DNA from: Cyclobacteriaceae bacterium
GTDB taxonomy: Bacteria; Bacteroidota; Bacteroidia; Cytophagales; Cyclobacteriaceae
DNA: 64,000 nt
Direction of reading: 5' to 3'
NCBI GenBank assembly: GCA_035493595.1
Contig: DATJHZ010000195.1
Coordinates: forward strand, 5,664-69,663
Position 1 is the first letter of the stretch; the number at the start of each line of letters is the position of its first letter. A program made the position numbers and the translations under genes. Positions 18,077 through 26,910 of the stretch are shown here, one piece after another. The notes below the pieces were generated by a model. The model saw only the letters and a list, made by a program, of their open reading frames with translations, searched no databases and was not told the origin of the DNA.

Positions 18077-18667
18077 CTACAGTTCTATTTCTTTTAATTG
18101 AATTTTTAAATGAGCCAAAACACGCTTCATGTCGTCATCATTACCACGTAGCTTACTCATCATAATGGCGCCCTCAAGAGATGCAATAATAATGGTGGCG
18201 TAGTATTCTTTATCCAGATTGGGTTTCAATTGCTTATAACGAATACCGTTTTCTAAAATGGCAATGAGTGAATCACGAAACAGATTTAAAAGCTTGACAG
18301 CCCCTTTACGAAGCAGTGGATGAGCATCATCAGCTTCAATAGCCGCATTCATCAATGGACAACCACCTTTTACAGGAGGATTGGAAATATATGATTCAAA
18401 GAAATTGAATACAGCCTGAAGTTTATCAACAGCAGTAAGTTTTTCTTTTATCCGGGCCCGTAATGTTTGTGCGATGAGGGAGGAGAGATGAAAAAGTGTT
18501 TCCACTTCAAGTTCTTCCTTGCTTTTAAAATGACGATAGATAGCGCCTTTAGTAAAACCTGTCGTTTCAGTTATCTCGCTTATGGAAGTCGCTTTGTAAC
18601 CTCGTGTATTAAACAGAAGCCCTGCTTTCTTTAGAATCTTTTCCTTCGTAGCTTCCGGATTACGCAT
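18077..18667 (-). CDS. TetR/AcrR-family transcriptional regulator
   Basis: N-terminal HTH (FNTRGYKATSISEITETTGFTKGAIYRHF). The start is taken at MRNPEAT (18667). Confidence 0.85.
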   Translation of the reverse strand: MRNPEATKEKILKKAGLLFNTRGYKATSISEITETTGFTKGAIYRHFKSKEELEVETLFHLSSLIAQTLRARIKEKLTAVDKLQAVFNFFESYISNPPVKGGCPLMNAAIEADDAHPLLRKGAVKLLNLFRDSLIAILENGIRYKQLKPNLDKEYYATIIIASLEGAIMMSKLRGNDDDMKRVLAHLKIQLKEIEL

Positions 18668-18673
18668 ATACAA

Positions 18674-18691
18674 AGATACCGATTGGTATCT
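18674..18691. promoter_or_regulatory. Palindromic operator AGATACC-N4-GGTATCT upstream of the tetR-family gene
   Basis: AGATACCGATTGGTATCT lies 7 nt upstream of the TetR start. Confidence 0.65.
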
Positions 18692-18747
18692 AAAATGCAA
18701 CACGACAAAAAGCTTAAATTATCGCAAACGATATTCTCTTGAATAAT

Positions 18748-18794
18748 CGCGCAAGGGTCCCCTTGTGCGCACAATTTTTCAAGCGTCCGCTTGC
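18748..18794. repeat. REP-like flanking inverted repeat (left)
   Basis: CGCGCAAGGGTCCCCTTGTGCGCACAATTTTTCAAGCGTCCGCTTGC. Near-exact reverse complement of 19456-19502. Confidence 0.8.
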
Positions 18795-18867
18795 TTAAGT
18801 AACTTTCTATTTAAGTCCACCACCCGTAATAAGAAATAGCGGATTAATTGTGCGCTGTATTTTAATC

Positions 18868-19431
18868 CTAACACAAATACACCAATTCAATTGCTCCCTT
18901 GGCCATCCCGGAATAATCCCGTGCGCTACTATGCAACCAGGCTTCAGGTACATCAACAAAACCGGCAGCAACAGGATTAAGATGAATATATTCAAGCTTT
19001 TCATCAATCAGTTCATTTGTATTTAACTCAATAGGATGATAATGCTGTTGCCAAAACTGGAAATCGATATTGTTATTATTGTATTTGCCGACTTGATACA
19101 TTCGCTTTAAGATCCATTCCCTTCTGCTTTCATGTGTTTGATTTGTATTCTCCATGACTTCTCTGATTTTCCTGGAGGTAAAACTTTTCATATCTCTGAT
19201 TATGCCTTCGAGTGAGTTAGCATCACCTCTTGTACCAACAATCATATGAATGTGGCTTGTCATAAAGCAATAGGCGTAAACTTCCAATCCTTTATTTACT
19301 TGACAATACCGGATACTGTCGGTAAGAACAGATCGATAGTCATCACGGATGAAGACGTCGATCCAATCAATTACAGTAAAGGTTACAAAGTATGGTTTTG
19401 TGTGGTCGGCAATTTTGTATTTTCTGCTCAT
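18868..19431 (-). CDS. REP-associated tyrosine transposase (IS200-like Y1 transposase family)
   Basis: HUH motif SHIHMIV and C-terminal Tyr motif YIHLNPV. 187 aa, with no tnpB partner. Confidence 0.8.
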   Translation of the reverse strand: MSRKYKIADHTKPYFVTFTVIDWIDVFIRDDYRSVLTDSIRYCQVNKGLEVYAYCFMTSHIHMIVGTRGDANSLEGIIRDMKSFTSRKIREVMENTNQTHESRREWILKRMYQVGKYNNNNIDFQFWQQHYHPIELNTNELIDEKLEYIHLNPVAAGFVDVPEAWLHSSARDYSGMAKGAIELVYLC

Positions 19432-19455
19432 TGTTGGTTTAATAGTTTTTTGATT

Positions 19456-19502
19456 GCAAGCGGACGCTTGAAAAAATTAGCGCACAAGGGGACCCTTGCG
19501 CG
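19456..19502. repeat. REP-like flanking inverted repeat (right)
   Basis: GCAAGCGGACGCTTGAAAAAATTAGCGCACAAGGGGACCCTTGCGCG. Confidence 0.8.
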
Positions 19503-19538
19503 AGATGACGCGAGACAATAAAAGACAAATTCTATACA

Positions 19539-19847
19539 CTAATCCTCTTTAAACTCCCAGGGCTCGGGCGTTACAGCAGTGTAATAGGTATGCACTTTTC
19601 CGATAGTTGTCATAATCATATTGAGATTTCGAAGTCGTTCGAGTTGTTCAGAGAGAATCAACTCATTTACTTCTCCTCCATAGATGGTAAGCAACATGGC
19701 GTAGGGAAGTGTTGCATTGGGCATACCGCGAATAAATTGATGAAGTAAAATATCATCTTGACTAATGGCTTCAAAAAAATCCACATCAAAGGGCAGGAGC
19801 TTCTGAAACTTTTCAAGGGTAACATGCTCTAAGCTGGGTCTGTGCAT
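19539..19847 (-). CDS. Hypothetical protein
   Basis: 102-aa ORF with no competing frame and no motif recognised. Confidence 0.45.
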   Translation of the reverse strand: MHRPSLEHVTLEKFQKLLPFDVDFFEAISQDDILLHQFIRGMPNATLPYAMLLTIYGGEVNELILSEQLERLRNLNMIMTTIGKVHTYYTAVTPEPWEFKED

Positions 19848-20065
19848 AATTTTAAAATTCGTGAGGTTTCTTTACTAAAGCTTAAAACTATAAAACATCA
19901 TGACAAGTGAAACAAAACAAACAACATACGATTCAAAAACCTGAAAAATAGGCATTCTGTTTTAAAGTATGCCAGTTCTTATTCTGTTTTAGTTATCTAT
20001 TTTCGTTAAGTGTAAATTAACATTTATCTCTACGTTGTACCGAATGCTTAATACTAAAGAAATAT

Positions 20066-20533
20066 ATGAAACCTACTATTAATGATGTTATCGTTCATTT
20101 ACAGAGGCACTATACCGAAAGAGATATTCTTCTTTTTGAGGGAGCATCTGATGAAGATATCAATCAGTTGGAAGAAACGTTGAGGTGTAGGCTTCCTGAA
20201 GATATAAAAATATTTTACAGATTTACAGACGGATTTATTGGCAGGGCAGATGCTTTTCGAATAATCCCGATACGAGAGATTAATGAACGAAGAAAAGTTG
20301 CTTACCTATTTCAACAAGGTAACTTTGATATCGCCGAGTTTTTTCTCTATCAAAGTTTATGGACTATAAACAGAGATATCATTGATGAAGATAAGTACAC
20401 CATTTATAATCATGATGCCGACCTGGTGCATCTTACTGATTCTTTTGCAGAATTCTTAGACGTATTTTTAAAAGGAGGAGTCTATAACGGTCTGGGCGAG
20501 TGGAAGCAACAAATAAAATCGTTAAGAAAGTAA
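20066..20533 (+). CDS. SMI1/KNR4 (SUKH-1) family protein
   Basis: Typical N-terminal pattern: EEDINQLEETLRCRLPEDIKIFYRFTDG. Confidence 0.7.
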   Translation: MKPTINDVIVHLQRHYTERDILLFEGASDEDINQLEETLRCRLPEDIKIFYRFTDGFIGRADAFRIIPIREINERRKVAYLFQQGNFDIAEFFLYQSLWTINRDIIDEDKYTIYNHDADLVHLTDSFAEFLDVFLKGGVYNGLGEWKQQIKSLRK

Positions 20534-20633
20534 AAACTTCAGATTACTTAAAAGTAGCTTAAAGCTGAAATCTATTTAGCTATAAAATCCATAACTTAGG
20601 TAATTTCAATGAAGTTTATAACGGAGAATGTAA

Positions 20634-23021
20634 ATGCTAAAGCTCTTTAAATTTGTTTTCGTTGGTTTCATAGTATCACTTATTGGAATGGCTTGCCTCA
20701 AGCCGATCGATGGCACACTGACCATGATTTTGCAGAAACTCAAGGTCTATCAGCAATACAGACCACAGCAGAAAATTTATGTTCACCTTGACAAACCATT
20801 CTACGGAGTGGGTGAGGATATCTGGTTTAGTACATACCTGGTTAATGCCGCATTCAATACTCCCGACTCTATCAACAAAGTAGTATATGTAGAACTCTTC
20901 AACGCGGAGAAGAAAATGCTGCAACAACGTGCATTGTATTCACCTAACGGAATATCACATGGCGACTTTCATCTGGAGGAAAATCTGCCTTCAGGTAATT
21001 ATGTTATTCGTGCCTACACCAGTTACATGAAGAATTTTGATGAAGACTTTTTCTTTGTTAAAGAAGTTACAGTACTGAGGAATGACGATACAACTCCACA
21101 AGTATTACAAAGCAATCAGAGTATTGATATTCAATTTTTTCCTGAAGGAGGAAATTTTTTGACAGGCGCTGAAAACAGGATAGCCTTTAAAGCAACAGAC
21201 AACTATGGCAGAGGTGTTGACTTTCAGGGTGAAATTCTGGATGAAAATAATACAGTCATTACAACCTTTTCGAGTGAGCATTTAGGTATGGGACTGCTAC
21301 GAATCACACCGCTCTATGGAAAGCGCTACCATGCTCGCATCAAAAATAACGTTGAATTTCCGTTGCCTGAAGTGGTCCAGAAAAGTTACCTGCTTAAAAC
21401 AATGGATATCGGACCGTTCATAAAAGTCATTGCTTATAGTGACCGAAAAAACTTCTCCAAAGATCCCCTTCCTGTTTATGTTGTAGCGCAGTCTAACGGA
21501 GTAGCTAGTTTTGCTGCACAGGGAGAGATCGCCAGTTCATCTGTGATCATAAATATTCCTAAAAGCAAATTATCGTCAGGCATAACACAGATTACATTGT
21601 TAGATGGTCATGGTGTTCCTCAATGTGAACGATTAGTTTTTATTAATCATCAGGACGTTTTAAAATTTAAAATTGCTCAGGATACTGCCTTCTACACCAA
21701 GCGAAAAAAGGTAACGTTAGATGTTCATGTCTCAACAAATGAGGGCAGTTCTGCTCAGGGCTATTTTTCGATGTCTGTTTATGATGAAACTAAGATAACG
21801 GATAAGGAAAAATATCCCATTTCTATTGTATCGCAGCTTCTTCTTGCGTCAGATCTGAAGGGAAGAATTGAAGAACCCGGATACTATTTTAAAGACACGA
21901 CGGCGACTACAAAACTACATGCTGACTTGCTGATGATGACTCAGGGATGGAGAAGATTTACCTGGAAGGAGGTTCTTGCTGATACACTAAAGCCTGTTAA
22001 TTATTATCTGGAGCAAGGGATAGTAATCAGAGGAAAACTTCTGAAGACAATTACAAATAAACCAGCTAAGAATAGTGAGCTGAAGATAATGACATCTAAT
22101 AGTGATTTACTGGTGATAAAAACTGATAGCCTGGGAAGATTTTATACAGACAATCTCGTCTATTTTGATTCCACTGAACTCTTTATACAAACGGATAATG
22201 CCAGAGGAAAGCAAGCTGATTTGAAATTTCAACTGGATCCATTTAATCCTTCAACACCGTTACATGTTATCACGTTGCCGACAGAGTTGCCTGATGCGAT
22301 GGCATTTCTCGAACAAACAAAAATCATTAATCAGATTGCTGAAGGTTATAAGAAAGAAGGGGAAGCTACAGTGTTGAAAGCTGTAGAAGTAAAGGCTACA
22401 AAGGAGGAACTCTCCAGTACCACCAAACTTTATGGTACTGCCGATGTTACTATTAATATGAAAGATATGCCATCAACGGGATACATTAATATTTTGCAGG
22501 TACTGCAAGGCCGGGTAGCGGGTGTAAGTGTCATGGGTAATCCGCCAACGGTTAGTATTCGTGGTGGTGGTGAACCGCTTTTCCTACTTAACGGTATGCA
22601 GGTTGATTATACTATGATATCCAATATTCCTGTAAACGATGTCGAATCTATCGATGTGTTAAAAGGTGCAAGTGCATCCATCTACGGTGGAAGAGGTGGC
22701 AATGGTGTAATCGCCATCTACACCAAGAAAGGCGGTTACACAACACGTCCTGCAATAGGAATTCATAACTTAAAATATCCTGGCTTCTATAAGGCAAGAG
22801 AATTTTATTCACCCAAATATGATGTAGCAGAAGGGAATGAAAAAGTGCCAGACATTCGAAATACTTTATATTGGAATCCATCAATTAAAACAGACAAGAA
22901 TGGCAATGTAAAGATTAGCTTCTTCACGTCAGATGTCAGTGCGGAATATAAAGTTGTAATGGAGGGAATTTCAAAGAATGGAATTGCAGGAACCGGTATC
23001 CATCATTTTATTGTGAAATAA
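20634..23021 (+). CDS. TonB-dependent-receptor plug-domain protein without a barrel
   Basis: 795 aa. The C-terminal ~170 aa carry plug motifs (LQGRVAGVSV, IDVLKGASASIYGGRGGNGVIAIYTKKG). The N-terminal ~550 aa are beta-rich, and no 22-strand barrel follows. Confidence 0.7.
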   Translation: MLKLFKFVFVGFIVSLIGMACLKPIDGTLTMILQKLKVYQQYRPQQKIYVHLDKPFYGVGEDIWFSTYLVNAAFNTPDSINKVVYVELFNAEKKMLQQRALYSPNGISHGDFHLEENLPSGNYVIRAYTSYMKNFDEDFFFVKEVTVLRNDDTTPQVLQSNQSIDIQFFPEGGNFLTGAENRIAFKATDNYGRGVDFQGEILDENNTVITTFSSEHLGMGLLRITPLYGKRYHARIKNNVEFPLPEVVQKSYLLKTMDIGPFIKVIAYSDRKNFSKDPLPVYVVAQSNGVASFAAQGEIASSSVIINIPKSKLSSGITQITLLDGHGVPQCERLVFINHQDVLKFKIAQDTAFYTKRKKVTLDVHVSTNEGSSAQGYFSMSVYDETKITDKEKYPISIVSQLLLASDLKGRIEEPGYYFKDTTATTKLHADLLMMTQGWRRFTWKEVLADTLKPVNYYLEQGIVIRGKLLKTITNKPAKNSELKIMTSNSDLLVIKTDSLGRFYTDNLVYFDSTELFIQTDNARGKQADLKFQLDPFNPSTPLHVITLPTELPDAMAFLEQTKIINQIAEGYKKEGEATVLKAVEVKATKEELSSTTKLYGTADVTINMKDMPSTGYINILQVLQGRVAGVSVMGNPPTVSIRGGGEPLFLLNGMQVDYTMISNIPVNDVESIDVLKGASASIYGGRGGNGVIAIYTKKGGYTTRPAIGIHNLKYPGFYKAREFYSPKYDVAEGNEKVPDIRNTLYWNPSIKTDKNGNVKISFFTSDVSAEYKVVMEGISKNGIAGTGIHHFIVK

Positions 23022-23127
23022 AAACTTATAAGTATCGTCTCATTTGAGTTTCATGGTTTGTAGTGCTATCTTAATGAATCCTTTGATAGATTCCTTTAAC
23101 ATTGATGACGTAGTTTAATAGACCTTC

Positions 23128-24561
23128 ATGATAGCAAGAACAGCATCTTTCAGTTTTATTGTTTTGATGATGCTCATGCTTCTGAATGCTTGTGAGCGAA
23201 TAAGGCCCAAACCTCCACAAGCCACCAACATTGACTCTACACTTACCATTCCACTTTCTACCATCAACATACCCATTGATTATGAAGTGGCAAAGCTTGA
23301 GGAGATGATTAATACAAAAATCAAAGGCGTATTTCTGGATCAATGGTTAAAACTAAATAATAAGGGAGATAGTTTGTATCTGCAACTCGAGAAACGAAGT
23401 GATATAAAATTGTCGTGGGATAAAAAAACGTTATCGTATTCCCTTCCCTTAAATGTATCGGCGAAATTTAAGAAATCTATAGCAGGTATCAGGTTAAAAA
23501 ATTCTGAACCCATTAAAACACAACTAACGCTTTACGTTTCTTCACAGATAGAATTAGACAATCGCTGGAATTTAAAAACAAAGTCGACAATCAAAAAGAT
23601 AAATTGGATATCAGATCCTCAGCTCAATCTTGCTTTCATAAAAGTAAATCTTCGAAAGATAGTGGAGAATATGATTGAGAAAAACGAAGATAAATTATTA
23701 TCGAAGCTGGATAATGCCTTGGGTAATGTTGTTGATATGCGCAAAGTTGTTTCTAAAATCTGGATGGATTTACAGAAGCCTATTCGCATCAACAAGAAAG
23801 GTCTGCAGATCTGGCTTAAGGCCGAAGCACAAAATATGTCAGCACGATTTGTAGATAAAGATCCTGAACTGATAACATTAGAAGTAGAACTAAAAGCATT
23901 TGTTCAGACAATACTGGAACATGAAACAGTTCCCGCATCAAATGCTATACTTCCACCTTTTAAAAGAAAAGATAATGACAGCACTGGCCTTACTATTTTT
24001 GTATTATCGAAAATTCCTTTTGAAGTAGTTAACGAAATTCTTAATCGTGAACTTGATGGTAAAGCGTTAGCAGCAAAGGGTTATTCAACCACCATTAAGA
24101 AAATTGATGTTTATGGAACTGCGAAAGGACTTGCCATTAAATTAAAAGTAAGAGGAGATCTGGACGGCCAGCTTTATGTAACAGCTACTCCCGGATATGA
24201 CACGCTTAAAGCCCGTCTTTTCGCCAATCATTTTAGTTTTGATATTGATTCTGAGAATGCATTACTCAACTCCGCCGATTGGCTTCTGCATGATGATGCA
24301 TTGGATACTATCAAAAAAGTATTGGTGGTTGATCTTAAGCCCTATGTAGATGCGCTACCATTTTTGATTGTACAGGCTGTGGACAGAGGGAAGGTTGGCG
24401 AAAAAATTGATCTGACAATAGATGAGCTTGACCTGAAGCCTCTTCAATACATTATTACAAAACGCAATTTTCAGATTATGTTTGAAGCTGAGGGTAAGGC
24501 GTCAATAAGCTTAAAAGCAAAAGTGTTTGCAGGTAAAAAGGAAAAAGTTAATCAACGGTGA
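23128..24561 (+). CDS. Lipoprotein, DUF4403-like
   Basis: Lipobox LLNAC. The size and sequence style resemble Bacteroidota DUF4403 proteins, a call made from memory only. Confidence 0.5.
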   Translation: MIARTASFSFIVLMMLMLLNACERIRPKPPQATNIDSTLTIPLSTINIPIDYEVAKLEEMINTKIKGVFLDQWLKLNNKGDSLYLQLEKRSDIKLSWDKKTLSYSLPLNVSAKFKKSIAGIRLKNSEPIKTQLTLYVSSQIELDNRWNLKTKSTIKKINWISDPQLNLAFIKVNLRKIVENMIEKNEDKLLSKLDNALGNVVDMRKVVSKIWMDLQKPIRINKKGLQIWLKAEAQNMSARFVDKDPELITLEVELKAFVQTILEHETVPASNAILPPFKRKDNDSTGLTIFVLSKIPFEVVNEILNRELDGKALAAKGYSTTIKKIDVYGTAKGLAIKLKVRGDLDGQLYVTATPGYDTLKARLFANHFSFDIDSENALLNSADWLLHDDALDTIKKVLVVDLKPYVDALPFLIVQAVDRGKVGEKIDLTIDELDLKPLQYIITKRNFQIMFEAEGKASISLKAKVFAGKKEKVNQR

Positions 24562-24566
24562 TTGAT

Positions 24567-25316
24567 TTATTTCCCCCGAAGAGTTCTCATCACCTTGTTC
24601 GCAAATACAAAATCATCAACCTCTTGTACTCCTGAGTTAGTGATGGTGCGATTTGTACCTTCCCAGATCTTCTGGCCTTTAAAAATAAACATGATCTTCT
24701 CACCAATACCCATCACCGAATTCATATCGTGTGTTACTACAATGGTTGTGATGTCAAAGTCTTCAGAGATATCCTGAATAAGTTCATCAATAAGAATGGA
24801 TGTTTGTGGATCGAGACCTGAGTTAGGCTCATCACAAAATAGATAGTTGGGGTTGTTAACAATAGCACGTGCAATGCCCACACGTTTCTTCATACCACCG
24901 CTGAGCTCAGAAGTCATTTTCTTGTTGGCATTCTCAAGTCCCACACGCTTCAGACAGAAATTTACTCGTTCCATCTTCTCTTCGTATTTCATCTTGGTAA
25001 GAATATCCAACGGAAACCTCACGTTCTCTTCTACATTTTTAGAATCGAAAAGTGCGCCACCCTGAAAGAGCATACCAATTTCACGACGTACTTCTGTTTT
25101 CATGTCTACATCGCCATTGGTAAAATCACGACCGTCAAAGAAAACAGTGCCTGTATCAGGTTTGGCAAGTCCAACAATGCATTTAAGTAAAACACTTTTA
25201 CCTGTACCACTGGCACCAATGATCAGGTTGGGTTTTCCTTTTTCAAATACTCCGCTCACATCTTTAAGAATGTCGCGGTCAGCAAATGATTTTGATATAT
25301 GTTCGATTGAAATCAT
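24567..25316 (-). CDS. mlaF: ABC transporter ATP-binding protein (MlaF-like)
   Basis: Walker A GASGTGKS, signature LSGGMKKR, Walker B LFCDEP. Its start overlaps the MlaE stop. Confidence 0.8.
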   Translation of the reverse strand: MISIEHISKSFADRDILKDVSGVFEKGKPNLIIGASGTGKSVLLKCIVGLAKPDTGTVFFDGRDFTNGDVDMKTEVRREIGMLFQGGALFDSKNVEENVRFPLDILTKMKYEEKMERVNFCLKRVGLENANKKMTSELSGGMKKRVGIARAIVNNPNYLFCDEPNSGLDPQTSILIDELIQDISEDFDITTIVVTHDMNSVMGIGEKIMFIFKGQKIWEGTNRTITNSGVQEVDDFVFANKVMRTLRGK

Positions 25317-26050
25317 CTTCCCAATAAAAGTTGAGCTAATAAATAATCAGCAACAAGAACTGCAATAACGCTTATCGTTACAGCCTTGGTACTTGAGATG
25401 CCTACTTCCAAAGCGCCGCCCTGTGTGTAATATCCTTTGAAACATGATATAGATGAAATCAAAAATCCAAAAGTAAAAGCTTTAATCAACGCGAAGGTTA
25501 TGGTAAATGGATTGAACTCAGAACGTAGTCCTTGTATAAATTCACCAGGTGCTACAATGTTAGTTACAATACCTACCAGATAGCCACCAATCATACCACA
25601 CACCAGTGAAAAGATTACCAGTAACGGATACATAAGTGATGACGCAATGATTTTGGGAAGCGCTAAATAGGATATGGAGTTAATACCCATCACCTCCAGT
25701 GCATCAATCTGTTCGGTAATACGCATCGTTCCAAGACCGCCTGCAATGCTGCCACCAACTTTACCAGCATAGATAAGCGACATGATGGTGGGGCAGAGTT
25801 CAAGCACAAGCATTTCGCGTACTACCTGAGAAATAACATAATGCGGAATGAAAGGACTGTTCAGCATGTTGAAAGCAGTCTGTACAGTATCCACCGCGCC
25901 AACAAACAATGACACAAGCATGAACAGCCAGAGCGAACCCACGCCAATGTTCATGCATTCGTCGAGAGTAAGTTTGTAATATGTTCTGAATGATTCCCGG
26001 TTGGTAAACAGGTTACCGAGAAAGATAAAATACTGACCAATTTCTTTCAT
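25313..26050 (-). CDS. mlaE: MlaE-family ABC permease
   Basis: 245-aa multi-TM protein with the MlaE-type pattern (EQIDALEVMGI). Confidence 0.8.
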   Translation of the reverse strand: MKEIGQYFIFLGNLFTNRESFRTYYKLTLDECMNIGVGSLWLFMLVSLFVGAVDTVQTAFNMLNSPFIPHYVISQVVREMLVLELCPTIMSLIYAGKVGGSIAGGLGTMRITEQIDALEVMGINSISYLALPKIIASSLMYPLLVIFSLVCGMIGGYLVGIVTNIVAPGEFIQGLRSEFNPFTITFALIKAFTFGFLISSISCFKGYYTQGGALEVGISSTKAVTISVIAVLVADYLLAQLLLGR

Positions 26051-26117
26051 GAAGGCGCTTCGTTAGACCGCTGCTGTTATTATCTTGCTAAAGATACTTC
26101 AAAATAGAAAACCAGCA

Positions 26118-26825
26118 ATGAACAAGCTTATTGTAGTGACGGGTGGTACGAAAGGTATAGGCAGGGCAATTCTTGAAAAGTTTGCTGCACAGGGTTTTGA
26201 CCTGGCAACCTGCGCCAGAAATAAAGCTGATTTAGAGCATCTTAAAAGCGAAATAGAGAAAAAACATTCAGGTTCTAGTCTCTTTACACAGGTAGCTGAT
26301 CTCTCCAAAAATAGTGACGTAAAAAAATTTACTGACTACATTCTCAACCTTAAAAGACCAGTTGATATTCTGGTTAACAATGCCGGATACTTTGAACCCG
26401 GTGAGATTTCAACCGAACCGGAAGGAACGTTGGAAGGTATGATGAACGCTAATTTATACAGTGCCTACTATACTACCCGCGGGCTGATTCAGAGTATGAA
26501 AGACAGAAAGGCAGGACATGTTTTTAATATGTGCTCCGTTGCCAGCCTGAAGGCTTACTCCAATGGAGGATCGTATGCTATTTCAAAATTTGCCTTACTT
26601 GGTTTCTCGAAATGTCTTCGAGAGGAATTAATGACCTGGGGCATTCGTGTTACCGCTGTTATGCCTGGTGCAACGCGAACAGCCAGCTGGGATGGAGTCA
26701 ATCTTCCGGACGAACGCTTTATGAAAGCTGAAGATGTGGCCGAAGCTGTCTGCAGCGCATGGCTGCTTTCTGATCGAAGTGTTGTTGAAGAGCTGCTAAT
26801 CAGGCCTCAATTAGGCGATATCTGA
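26118..26825 (+). CDS. SDR-family oxidoreductase
   Basis: TGGTKGIG cofactor motif, NNAG, and YxxxK (YAISK). The start is taken at MNKLIVV. Confidence 0.85.
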   Translation: MNKLIVVTGGTKGIGRAILEKFAAQGFDLATCARNKADLEHLKSEIEKKHSGSSLFTQVADLSKNSDVKKFTDYILNLKRPVDILVNNAGYFEPGEISTEPEGTLEGMMNANLYSAYYTTRGLIQSMKDRKAGHVFNMCSVASLKAYSNGGSYAISKFALLGFSKCLREELMTWGIRVTAVMPGATRTASWDGVNLPDERFMKAEDVAEAVCSAWLLSDRSVVEELLIRPQLGDI

Positions 26826-26885
26826 TTGCGTTTTTATTCCGTATATTCTTTCAATCCCCACGAACAAAATCTCCTGTTTAAGGGT

Positions 26886-26893
26886 TAATTTTG
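26886..26893 (+). promoter_or_regulatory. Candidate -7 box (TAATTTTG) upstream of ispG
   Basis: Exact TAnnTTTG match 18 nt upstream of the GTG start. Confidence 0.3.
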
Positions 26894-26910
26894 TTGTAAA
26901 CTATAGTCTT

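Larger units (their letters stand above)
18748..19502 (-). mobile_element. REP-RAYT-REP unit (REPtron-like)
   Basis: A Y1 (HUH) transposase-like gene flanked by ~47-bp GC-rich imperfect inverted repeats, each holding two small palindromes. Confidence 0.7.

Noticed and set aside
18807-19007. 66-aa ORF overlapping the RAYT 3' end.
   Set aside because: It is out of frame within the RAYT gene and runs into the REP-like repeat, with a hydrophobic low-complexity translation.
18868-19431. A full IS200/IS605 insertion sequence.
   Set aside because: There is no tnpB/accessory gene. The flanks are symmetric inverted REP-like palindromes rather than the asymmetric LE/RE hairpins of IS200/IS605, so a RAYT context fits better.
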